From the NCBI RefSeq assembly GCF_003704095.1, contig NW_020845264.1, positions 682,001 to 746,000 on the forward strand: a stretch of 64,000 nt of DNA. The letters are read 5' to 3'. The notes beneath the pieces were generated by a model. That model was not told the origin of the DNA. It saw only the letters and a list, made by a program, of their open reading frames with translations, and did not search any database. Positions 21,925 to 34,400 of the stretch are shown here, piece by piece. The stretch is from Pocillopora damicornis (lineage: Eukaryota). The translations under genes were made by a program, and so were the position numbers. Within the stretch, counting starts at the first letter, position 1. Each line of letters opens with the position of its first letter.

Positions 21925-24900
21925 ATGGCGGACGGCATGGATGGTGACTTGGATTCGACTGTGGCGTCAGTTTTGTCCTTAGCAGAGAAAAGCAATAAAG
22001 AGAAATATAGATCAATAGAGGTCACAAAGGATGTAGAGCCAGACCTAGATATTGGGAATTTATTAGCTACAGATCTTCAGCCTGTTGATGGACAAGAATT
22101 TAGGTGAGTTTACAACCATTAATTTACTTCTTTTGTGCACGTGGAAAATTGGACGGGAAATCTTGAAATGGTTTCAAATTCATCCGTAATCAGAAGAAAA
22201 ATTTATTTAGGCTTGGCTTTGCTTTTAAAACTCCTGTTCATTTATAGGAAAAATAAAGAGGACTTTCTTAGAAATCTTGCCAGAGATAATACGCAGCTGC
22301 TGTTGAATGCTATTTGGAAGGTATTGTATCACGAAATAATCCTATGAAGTTTTTCAGTCATGAATTTACAATTTTGTTGCATGTATGTAATATAACTAGT
22401 ACGAGGCTGGGTAAAATTTCTGCACAGCCCCATACTATTGTAAAACAAATCTGTTCCCAATGGCAATGTATTGTTTTTGTCACTGTTTTCTCTCTCCAAG
22501 AACTGAATGTATAATATAGGATGGGGCTGTGCAGAAATTTTACCCAGGGCTGTCAGGGCTGTTATGAAGGACTTGTCATAGTGTTGTGTAATTTAACATC
22601 TAACCAAGTCGACCAAAAATCTAAAATATAAAACGATTAGCTTTATGTACCACAGTATTGTTTGCCTCTACTAGTCTAACTTAGACAACTCTGATCCTGC
22701 CTTTGTTCAAATAAACCGGAAAATGCTGTTAATGTATAGAGTTAACTAGCTTTCATGCAAGTTGAAGTTTTCACTCTTTCAATGTGATTCCTTTGCAGCT
22801 TCCGCACGAAAGATCTGAAGGAGTTGTTATTGTAAAGGTATGTCCATTTATAACATTCATCCTAGAAGTTGCTATTTTCAATTTCAATTCATAGAATTAG
22901 GCTTTTTGTAAAAAATATCTAGCACTTTTAATTTCATCTGTTTTTCACACCTCACATCAACAGAAAGCAAATTTTCTTTTACTTATCAAGGTGCACGAGA
23001 GAGGAATTGTTAAACTATTTATTACCTGGAGGGGTAGTGTAATCCTGAATGAGCCATCTTTAATGAGGTCCAATGATAGTTAGACTCTATCATACATGTA
23101 TATCTATAGCTGACCATGATAGTTGACAACAAGTGAAAACGAAGCTGTTTTGTTTATAGTCAAATGTATTAATTTACATTACTATCAGAATGACATGAAG
23201 CACTCATTATGTATTTCTTTTTAATTTTTATTCATGGAAGCTACCTGAGCCATATACGGTTATTCCCAGAGAAAAACCAGTAAGTATGTTAACTAAAAAG
23301 TCGTGTGTGTAGGACCAGTAAGCATGTTTAGAGTCATCAGTATGTGTAGGACCAATAAGTATGTTAAACAGTCATGTGTGGGTGTGTGTGTATGTGTATG
23401 TGTGACTGGTAACTATGTTTAACAGTCATGTGTACATGCAGGATGTGTAAGTATGTCTAATAGTCATGTGTGTGTGTTATAGGACCGGTAAGTTTGCTAA
23501 ACAGGCATGTGTGTTTAGGACCAATTCATTAATTTCTAATGATAATTGGAAGCTAGTTAATACTTGCAATCTACCTTTTTTCGTTGTTCCAGTTTATATG
23601 TATTATAAGTTCATTTTTTTTTTGGATAATTGTCATCATCTCTTGACTTTTCAGATCCCAAAACCAAAACTGCCCTCAAAATGGGAAGAATTTGCCAAAA
23701 GAAAGGTACTGACAAAGAAATCATCCACCTTTGAGTTGTTCTAAATGTTATGTTAATGTTGATATTTTCTTAAGCTTCAAAAGAGTTTAAGCTATTGAGA
23801 ATCTGGAGGATTTACTCACTGCTAGGAGGCATTATAATATGTCTTGTTTGCACCAGCAGGTTTATGTTTGGAAGTATCACATGCAGTTATGAATAACAAG
23901 TGATTTAATTGTTGTCTTACAGGGCATCACAAAAAAGAAACGTGAGAGGATGATTTTAGATAAAAACACTCAAGTTAGTATCAGTTTGTATAATGATTGC
24001 AATAAGGGCCAAGTTGATGTACCTTTTCAGCAGTAGTGCATTGATTTCCCATGGACATCTATGTGAAGTTGATTTCATTTTGAAACTGGTGCATAATGTA
24101 TTCAGTGTTGACAATTCAGATACATCTATTGTGTTGACATAAGGGATAATGAAATTAAATCCAATTCTCAGCAAATTTCAGTGTTTGTGTTTGCAATTTT
24201 TATCCTGGAACATTTTCAAGTCTAAATATATACTTTTGTATCTACTTCAACTATAGAGTTGTCTGTTGTACAGGTATCTGTACCTATTTAAATGTATCTT
24301 CAGGAATGGAAGCCACGTTTTGGATACAAAAGAGGAAATGATGAAACTCAGGAGTGGCTTTTGGAGGTTCCTCAGAATGCAGGTACTGAGTATCATAAAT
24401 TCACAAATTTGTGATGGTGACTCCAAAATATTACATGGTTTAGCTTCCTTGTCTTTGTCAAGTTGTCCATGTGTGTAAATAGTGAAGAAGGGGTTTGCAG
24501 TCAGGTATGGTTAAAGAAAAATATTGTTCACTGGAGTATCACATTTCTTGGAAAAATTACAAGCAGCACTCAATTTATCCATGGATGAACTGGCCCCAGT
24601 GTTCTCTGACCAGACTCCTGATTCCATTTATTGTGAGCAGCCATCACCTTGAAAGAACATGGTTCCCTTCTTTTTCAAACACACTCATTGTTTAGCTCAG
24701 TATTGGTGCTCTAATGTAAATTTTAAGAGTAAGAAAAACTTCTATGGAGTGATAGAGACCAATGCTAAAAGTAAGAATTTTAATTTTAGATCCATATGAA
24801 GACCAGTTTGAGAAAAAATTTGAAGCAAAGAAGGAAAGAGTTGCTAAGAATGAATACCAAAGGCTGAGAAACATAGCAAGAAACAGAAAGATTTCTGGTC

Positions 24901-27270
24901 AGTGGAACTGCTCATGGTTTTGTTGTGAAAGCTTACTTTTATTGAATTGTGATGGATGGTGTTTTCTTTCTAAAGATATAATATTATGTCCTTAGTTATG
25001 TTCTTTTTGATTATTTGATTCATTTTTTACTAGTTCCAAATAAAGATCTTGCCCCTTCATCTGGACGACAAAGCAAAGAACAGGTAATTTCTTGATTCTG
25101 TATGTTTGAAATCCTTTCAAAGTCAACATTTCAACTTCCAAACTTTCATGTGTTAATTTTAGGAGAATAATGGCACTTAAACAAACATGCACATCAAGGA
25201 TTGTTCTTTTTGTGTTAAAAGTGACTTCTTTTATAATAATTATTTTGGAAGGAAGAAAGAGTGCATATTCTTGGTTCTTTTGGGTTTATGTTGCCTTAAG
25301 TGATTTACTAGTGTAAACAAATTTTTTTCAGATCTCAGAAAAGTTAAACATCAGCAGACTCTCTACTGCATCATTGGGAAAATTTACTGAAAAACTGGTA
25401 AGAAATTTGTGCAAGAAGCACACTTGAAAGTACAAGTTTGTATCCATACTTAAGTTTATGACAGAGGTATTTGTTATGTCTGACAGTAAACATTGGAAAA
25501 AAAAGACTGACCCAGATATCAAAGTTTTAATTGCATTTATTTAATCTTCAGCGTGATGAAAAGATTTCAAGGAAAACTGGAAAGAAGCGAAAGGTAAAGA
25601 AATATACTAGCTAATTGATAATTAGGGTAAGACACTACCACTACAATCAGATTCATTGGCATTCTTCTTATGCGGACTCACTCAAAGTGTCATTCTACAG
25701 ATTATTTGATCTTGTAATTTCACTTTGGTCTCACCAACTGTGAGAAAATTTGCAATAGATACACAGTCATCCCGTTTCTTTGGCCCTTGCGGGGTGCTCC
25801 AATTAAATTTTTTGGCCATATCACACAGACTTGCGGTGATGACGTCCCCATTCATGTGTGTTGACCTGAATGGGATTCATCTTACTTGGCTTTCGCCGGA
25901 AAAGTATCACAACCAAGATTGTGAAAATGATTTGAATGATTCATCTTACTTGGCTTTAGAGAAGTGTCTCAACCAAGATTGTGAAAATGTAGGTAAGTGA
26001 CTATCATTGTCCGAATAGATCTTCTTAAATTCCTTGTTGTTGTAATTGCAGTTCGAGCCTGTTGTGGGTGACTTGTCAAATGAACGAAGCCGAAGCAGAG
26101 AACTGGCAGAGAAAATAGCCAGAATAGGTCCCCTTGATGTCAATAAGGTAACTGACACGAACATGTGCAAAGCAACAGTAAAGTCACTTTTGAATAAAGA
26201 TTGCGAATGCATGCAATAATACGGCCCAGTGAAAGCTGATGAGGAAGCAGTGCACGTGGCACGTGGCACGTGGCACGTGGCACGTGGCTGTCAATCCTGC
26301 ATCGTATTGTTTCCCTAACTGTTACTTTATGTGTCAATGGCCCAATCGCTAAAGCTTGGTTTTCACTAGCAAGCACAAGCGCAAGCACAAGCGCAAGCAC
26401 AAGCGCAAGTACAAACTCAAGCATAAGGTAATTGTGCCGAGTGAAAACGCCAATAAGGCGGTAGACACTTTAAAGCGTCGAGTTCTGTTGTTTCTTCTAC
26501 TCATGCGTCGAAGAAACAGAGAGCGGTTACAAAAGAGGAGGAGGAAAAAACGCGTTTGGGTTAGGGATATTTTTAAAGAAAGGTGAAGCCAATGTGATTT
26601 TTCAACCACCAAAGTTAGTTCACGCCGCAAGTTTATTATAACTTAAGAGTGGTTTTAACCGAGACCATTTTCTTGCGGTACGGTTTGAAAGTAGTCGTGA
26701 TCTAGTGCGTGATGATTTTTAGGGAAAAAAAAACCCTGGTACACCTCGTTAATATGATCGGTGCTGGACTTACTGCATCAGAATGAAGCGACAACAACTT
26801 AATATCTGTAGTGTCGATATTGTGAAAACCCACAGGACAGACAGAGTCAAAACTCTCAAGGTGTCGCCATCTTTATAAGATGATCCGAAGTGTTCTCTCT
26901 ACGGAGCCAGGGTCATCATGTGATACAAATATAAATTGTTGAATTGCTTTAACTCTTCCAGGCAGTAAACCAACACATAACAGAAGTACAGAAAAGGTAG
27001 GCAAACTGCCACCAGAGTTAAAGTGTAATGTAAAAGAACCGATTTATTTAAGTATCGGTCAAAGGTAACATGACAGTCTCCACTCGAAAATTAAATTAAT
27101 ACTTGAACAGTTAGAGGATCAAGAGTTGAGTACGGAGACTGACCCACGTTNNNNNNNNNNNNNNNNNNNNNNNNNNNNNNNNNNNNNNNNNNNNNNNNNN
27201 NNNNNNNNNNNNNNNNNNNNNNNNNNNNNNNNNNNNNNNNNNNNNNNNNNAAATGGAGAGGCAGAAGTAA
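21925..27270 (+). CDS. RRS1: Ribosome biogenesis regulatory protein RRS1; at least 13 exons, last exon probably in or just after the gap
   Basis: Exons begin at about 21925, 22248, 22799, 23241, 23655, 23923, 24304, 24790, 25034, 25332, 25552, 26052, 26962. Diagnostic peptides: [111 protein letters not shown]. The 3' end (TAA at 27268-27270) is tentative. Confidence 0.93.
22407..22547. mobile_element. Small MITE-like inverted repeat in RRS1 intron 2
   Basis: Perfect 27-bp inverted repeat ctgggtaaaatttctgcacagccccat at 22407-22433 and 22521-22547. Confidence 0.75.
23276..23525 (+). repeat. Degenerate minisatellite (about 35-bp unit) starting at an RRS1 splice donor
   Basis: About 6-7 units of the form aggaccagtaagtatgtttaacagtcatgtgtgt. 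Confidence 0.75.
26253..26287. repeat. (CACGTGG)x5 tandem array, i.e. five canonical E-boxes
   Basis: cacgtgg at 26253, 26260, 26267, 26274, 26281. Confidence 0.95.
26351..26640 (+). mobile_element. Truncated PIF/Harbinger-like element in an RRS1 intron
   Basis: TIR-like aaagcttggttttcactag, then (aagcac/aagcgc)n sub-terminal repeats, then an ORF fragment VLLFLLLMRRR...RRRKKRVWVRDIFKER* resembling the N-terminus of Harbinger transposases. No matching right end was found. Confidence 0.6.
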
Positions 27271-28446
27271 CAACTACATAACCATATGGTTTTTATTATT
27301 CGTTCACGAGGCATTATTTTCAACACTGTCAAGAGATTACGTTTCATTCTTCACCGTGTAATGTTTCGAGATACTGCTGTAGAAAAAGGTACTAAAGGCG
27401 CGAAGAATGTTACGCATGTTCAACAATGTCGCTCAAATGGCGTCAGTTCGCAGTAAAAGTGACACAAATAAAGGATACGAATTATGAATAAACAATCTGC
27501 TTATGTAGTACAATGAAATTATATATTGTGTTAGTCGTTTAGCATTGTTAAATAGCTGTAATTCTTAATTTTGTATTCACCTTCATAGGTGAGGGGTAAA
27601 GGTATGTTTTTAGCCCACTTAAGCATTGGACTGAATGTAATACTTTTGCCTTTTCCGCGTGAAACTAAAGAGGTCTCTCCGTTTAAATCGAATAGAAATC
27701 TAGACCTTAGTTTTTGGCGATACAATGAACTGCCCATTTCCACTGAACTCGCCCCGAAAATAGAGGGAATCATTACTTCGCGAGTAGGCCCTCATAATCA
27801 GTGCTCAGAAGACAGAGGGAATCATTAGTGTGCGAGTAGGCACTTATTATTGGTGCTTAGAGGGAATCATTAGTGTGCGGGTTGGCTCACATAAATGATG
27901 CGCAGAAGATAGAGGTTACCTTGAGGCGCCGTAATAAATAGTAAACACGTCCAGTAATTCGCGAGATTCCAACTAAAAATATAAATTCTTTTATAAATCG
28001 ATGTCTGTCTTGGCGTTGTCGTCCTCACTGCCAAAGGTTTCTAATATGAGGCCAGGAAGAACGCGAGCCCGCTGGGACCGTTTTGGCAAACACATGGCTA
28101 GATAATAGACCTCTGCTCGACCCCCGGCAAATCTCTCCCCAACTCGTCTGAAATCTTCCCGCGGGCGGAGAAACGTGCGTCCTTTAGCACTAATATGGAA
28201 GGGCTAACCGTAAGTTAGGGGATTGTTTGCAGTCTAACTTGATCATGCTGAGTTACTGCGGGAAAAATGTTTGATTTGTATCTAAATGGCGATTTTCCGA
28301 GTAAAAGCAGCTTCTTAGACCCAGTCCAGCTCAACTACTATTGGCCAGCGCAGGGATGGACTGGGCATGTTGGTTTCGATAAAAATGGCGAAGCTGGTAG
28401 AATGTGCAAAACCAGGAAGAAAACTCGTTTGAAAAAGCTATAGAAT

Positions 28447-31400
28447 ATGGGAAACGTAACAGCTGGAGGCGTTAACGACGGAGAAGACGATGAAAACGAG
28501 TACTATGAGGTATTATTTTATGTTTCTTCGGCTATATGTTGATGCAACCAGCTATGGGATACAGGTCACATCTGACCTCGACGAAATGCACCGACTTAAA
28601 AAGTCCTACCGAAAAATTGATTATGACATCCTTAGAATTGATAGGACTAATTTGATTTAACATTTTATAACCAGCAGATTAAGCGACAAGTGTAGCAGTT
28701 CTTGAACTCATTGTGCCTCAATTGATACAAACACAATTAATTAGCCTTAAAAGAACCTACATTTACATAACTCATTGCACGTAGTGACTACCTTTCTCGA
28801 GTGAACGGAAGCTGTTCCCAACAGCTGGGTGTAGGGTTTACAGTAGCGAATATTTCCAGAAGTTTAGCAACCCTGGATACCACTAGCTTTTCAGAACGCT
28901 TCAACCCCAAGTTATTGATCCGAGATTATTGTGATGATCCATTGGTTCCTTACGTTATCTTCAGTTTCTCTGAGTCAGGCTAGAAGTAAATAGTGTCAAC
29001 ATAATGTATGCTGTCAGTCTATTAAGTCTCTGATAATCTTTGTAAACTAGCAGTTTTCTAATGTATCATATTAAAGTTGGATCTTTTTACATCAATGGGT
29101 AGAGAAACCTTGAAATGCCTAAGAAGATCACAAGGCTTTCACTAGCTAATCAACACTGTAGACTCCTTGTCACTGAAACCTTCCATTACTAGAGCCTCAA
29201 GCCTTATTTTTCTTCAGGCCATTTTCCATGTTCAGGTAGCCCTCATTAGCTCAAATTCTTGATGAGGTTTACCTCCAAAGTGACTTTGGCACATACTGGA
29301 GTAGTCAGAAGTCAACTGTCTTTCATTATTTATTTATCTGACATAAAATTGAAAGTCATCCTTTAAGTGCTCATTGTTTTGTCAGATAATTTACAATTTC
29401 TATTTCTGTAGGATGGAACAGAGACAAGTCCATCTTCAGGTAATTGTGTTTTTTCTTTGTATAGCAAACTCTATTACTTTCTCTTTGAAATTTGAATGTC
29501 ATACAACCATTTGATGGGGTTATGTCACTATTAAGGAAGTTGTCACACTTCCATTTTATTAAGTGCATCTTTAGTTTTTACTTTCTAATAGTAATTTATG
29601 CACTTATTGAGGATAATTATTTCTTGGGACTTTAGGGGAGATCACTGATGGAGCTTTAGACCTTTCTGTGTTATTTGATCATGGTTTACTGCGTGAAGCT
29701 GCCTCAAAGATCAAGTAAGACATTAATTTAGTTTTTTTTTATGTTTGGTATATTTTTTAATTGTTCCTCAGTAAATATACTTTATTTTCTTTCACTGCAC
29801 TGCACAAGTGAAGCAGCATAGCTTCACATTACAAACTCTGTGTATTCAGTTATTGTTTTCTTTTATAGCATTTCCAAAATGTATGTAATTTTTTAAGTTG
29901 TTACTGATGTGAGATCATGCTCCAACAAAACAGTTCAAAAAGAATATATCTGCAATTGTTTTTTCTTTTTCACTTTTTCCCTTTTTATTTTTTTTTGGAA
30001 GGGAGGGATATTCTCTATGAATTTAATCTTTCTAGTTTTGGTTTGACATAGCTTAAATAAACACTAGTGAGAAATTCCTGTGACACTTGGTTGTTTTAAA
30101 ATGAATTGATTGTTACCAGTTATGTCCTCCATGCTATATAGATTTCATGCTATTTGTTATAACTGTACCCTATGCAGTATGCAGCTTTATCTTTTAGGGT
30201 ACTTGAGTAATAATTTAGGTTTACTTAAAAAAATAAATTTTATTAACACTGTACTTGTGTTGTTTGTTTAGAGAGGAACCAAATGAATCCTTTATGCAGC
30301 AACATTCAGGCAGTATTATACGGTGGCTGGAAGAAAGAAATTCCAGACATGAGGTTTGCTCAGTGCACTCTTTTAAGTAAATAGTGTGATATATTGAGGT
30401 TGAGCAATGATGACTTAGTCCTCACTTAGGCAATTAAGGGTGAAAGTTAGGTAAAACTTGTGGAACTCATATAGCAGAGCTCTATAGTTCAAAAGGAAAG
30501 TGTAACCAGTTAAGTGCCTGAAGTGAGCATGGACAGTTCATAAGGGGAAAAGTGGCAAATAATTGTATATTTTCTGTTGAAATAATTTTCTGGTTTATTA
30601 CTTTGTTTTCACTTGTAAAGGAATATGTCAGTCTATCACAATTCACTGACATGCTGACAGGAAGGGGAGCCAGTAAGGAGGAGTGCATAGAGGTTAGGTT
30701 CTGAGAAATACAATAATGTAACATAAACATGTGTTTTAAGATAAATAATCCATGGATCAGTGTGCCTCTGATTTCCTTTTTCAATTTGATCGTTTATTAT
30801 GTACAGTAGGTAACTAACTCAACAACATGGAATCCATTTGGTTTGGTAAATTCCTGTGAGAAAAAATTAAACAGTCATGGCATCAACTACAGGGCCTGTC
30901 TAGATTACTGAGAATCTTGAAGGACATTGAATTCTGCAAAATATTTCTCTGGACCTGAATAGTCATGGAATTTTGGTTTGGGTCATGGAAAGTCATAGAA
31001 GATGACCAAAAATGATTGTGTTTTGTCTAAGTATAGAATACTGTAAAGTACTGGTGCCAGGGCTTGAGTTTAGCCGTTTCACTCTCTGCTTACCAATTAG
31101 GCCCAAAAAATGGCTTGGTGGAGTCAAACATAAATTGCATTTCACTTAAACTTTGAACTAATGAACAGTTAGTAATGAGTTTCATCATAAAATTGATATT
31201 TTTGTTCCGTATTTCAAATTTATTTGTAGTTATTCAGTCAGTTTGATGCTGATGGAGAAGGCTTTGCAGATGTAGAAACATTTTTAGAGGTTTGTTTCTA
31301 AATGAATAATAATTACTAGGAAGCAATAAGGTATTAATTGAGGAAATTACATAAAATGTATTATTAAACCTCGTACACATTGTTTAATCTCTTAGCAGGC

Positions 31401-34400
31401 AAGCTTTTATTAGTTTAATCAGTCATGTATATAATCACAGATTTTTCTCAAAGTGGTCTGATTTAGCCAAACTCAATCAACAGTTGTAACATTTTAGTTA
31501 AATTTTTATCACAGACTCTTCAAACCCTTGGAGGTGGCCTCAGTGCCAAAGGAGATTTAAGGACTTCCATCAAGACACTGCAAAACTGCTGTCTAACACC
31601 AGGTACAGAAGTGAAAAATTTCCCCTTTGCCTAGGGGACCAACTCTCCCTCTTTGTTTATTGGACAGAAAGATTGTTGGGAAATTAATTTTGAGTTCCAC
31701 TGGGATTCCAGGAATAGCTTGGATCAAATAGCAAATAAAATATTAACCTTTAAAAATCCTTGTTACCAGTAATGATCATTTTCTTGTAAATTTTAAAACA
31801 ATATGGAAGTTGGTGTACTTTACATGTGTGTAATCAAATCAATATTGAAAAAGATGAGCTGTTTCCCAGCTTTAACTTAGTACATGTCCTCTGTATGTAG
31901 GATTTTTGGATGCTTTTGCTGACAATAAGGAGGCTGTTATGAATCACGGTCAAAAACTCCTGAAGGTAAAACTTTCAATACTTTAAATTCCAGATGTGTT
32001 ATTTCTTTTCTCACCTGTTAGAGTAGCCTATTCTAGCTCTTGACTTTGATGGTTAGGTTTTCAAAACTTCAGTCACTAATTGTAACAACCCAGCCACTCG
32101 GGGTTCCAAACCAATTTTTTGTATTTAGTAAATTACTTTGTTGAGAATGATTACTGAAAAATCAGTTTACTTCAATGTATTGACTTGACATTTTTGGATG
32201 TTCTAGTTCTTGCTGCGAAACAGAGCAAGTAGTACATCTCTTCCTTTACCAGCCTTGGATGGATTCTGTAATACATCTGAGATGAGACTGAAAGTTTTAC
32301 AAGCACACATAGAGGCACTAAAGGAAAAAGGTACAACATTTAATGTCCATTCCTACAAACATATATTACCAGTACATTTTCATTGATTTTATTGCATAAA
32401 GATGTTTGGAATGCTGATTTCTCAACTGCAGCTGCTCTATTTCTGCATACAATTCAGTTAAGTCTAATGTTTTAGTGTCATTTGCAATAAAATGATTTTT
32501 ATCTTATCTTGTCAGCTGAAGTAAAGAAACAGGTTCCCTCAGTTGAAGAAGGTGAAGTGCTCAGGCCTTTAATGAAGTGTTACATGACTCTTGAAGTTTC
32601 CAGTAACAAGGGAGATATATCCAGGTAGCACAGGCTTTCAGATAGGAAAAGCACTCTTTCTTCAGGTTCTTATCCAATTTTGTTGGTGAAAAGAAACAAA
32701 CAAAAAGTATAGTTGCATTCTATATTCTGTCTTGTGAATGTTTCAGGTTAACTAATGGGGATGCAAGTTCATACTGGCAGTCAGATGGACCTGCAAGGTC
32801 TCACTGGATCAGGTAATGTTCATCCTACTAAACAGGAAAAACTATCATTTTTATTACTGCTGCATTAATGCTGCTTATACTATTTCCAATTTTAAATCCT
32901 TGTTATTTGAGGGTTAGTGATGATGCAATGATGAAATCACAGGTTTGATGATCAACCCCTGATGTCAAATGAGGGTTGAGTTTGTTGCTTGAACTCCTGT
33001 CAATTAGCCAGGGTTTTATCTAGGGTCTGTTATCTTCCTCAGTCCATAAAACCCAATACACAAAATTTGAATGTGACCTGGAATCAACACAGAAATAGCC
33101 AACTCATGAAAGTTCCACTGCAGAATTCCAATATGTTGCCATTTCTCTTCATGTTTTTTTTTTTGTTATATTGCCTGTTCTGTAATGTGGTTCAGTCTGT
33201 TGTTTCATATTATTAAATATGTGTAGGTGTTAAGATTTAACAAGGGCATCCAAGAATTTCTTGACTTTTGTGGTGTTCTCCTGTTGTATGTTTCAGGTTA
33301 CGAATGCGGCCAAATGTTGTTCTCAAACAGCTGTCAATAAATGTAGGTTCTTCTGATCAGAGTTACATGCCACAACATGTTGTTGTCACAGCAGGACGAG
33401 ATGAACAGAATTTGAGAGAAATTAGTGACTGCAGAATTCCAAGGTATTACAAATGAAAGTGTCATCTGTCCTCAATTATATCTTCTTTTTATAACACAAG
33501 TTAAAGAGCATTCTCAGTACTGTGAATAAAAACATCTGATTCCAAATTTTGAAATCAAGGAAGAGAAAACTTTTTATAATTATTAGATATAACAAAACTC
33601 AATTCTAAACTGAGAGTTTTATACTGATCATTCTCACTTGAACCAGTATGGTATGTAACAATTACTGTCAAACCAGATGTTGGGGGTTTTTATTAATTAG
33701 AATACATTTGGTCTAAGGAAACATTTAAATGCTAGTGAAAGGGGATCTAGCATACTTTTTAAACTGTTTCATCTAGTTACACTACTCACAGTTATATTAG
33801 TAATGTTAGAACATTTGACAATCACTGAGAAGCAAACAAACACTACATGTATTTCAGAAATTATGATAAATGAACTTTGAAATTTTCTATTAATTTTAGC
33901 CAAGTCAATGGGGATTTTGTTTTAGTAGAAAATGTAAAAATTCCATATCCAGGTGAGTAATAATGAACATTTGTATAAACACATTTACTAGATAATGAAG
34001 TAACATACTCTTCATAAGTTGATTGTTTCATAAAAGGAATTTAGCTGTTCCTTACTTACCTAAGAACCTCCATACACTTTATTGAAAAAAGAGTTGTTGT
34101 TTTTTGTGCACATTTCAAGTGATACAGATCAATATTAGAAGATGTCACAGTGATGGTTGTGATACAAGAATTCGTGGAATCAAAGCAGTTGGATACAGGT
34201 GACACCTTTTTTTCAACACTAGGAAAGGGAGTTTGACTAATTTTTTCTTCAGAAAATCATTCCACCTTTTCATTCAGTCAGCCAGTGCAAATTAATAAAC
34301 ATGATTTTGTTAGCTTTTGTTAACCCATCTCAATGGTTTGGTCCATCATACACATGTAAGGAAAAGCATATGGTTCACTTATTGTCGTATTTTCTTGAAA

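Noticed and set aside
26149-26218. In-frame read-through giving an early RRS1 stop
   Set aside because: Donor AAG|gtaact and a downstream exon AVNQHITEVQK (26962) continue the RRS1-like sequence.
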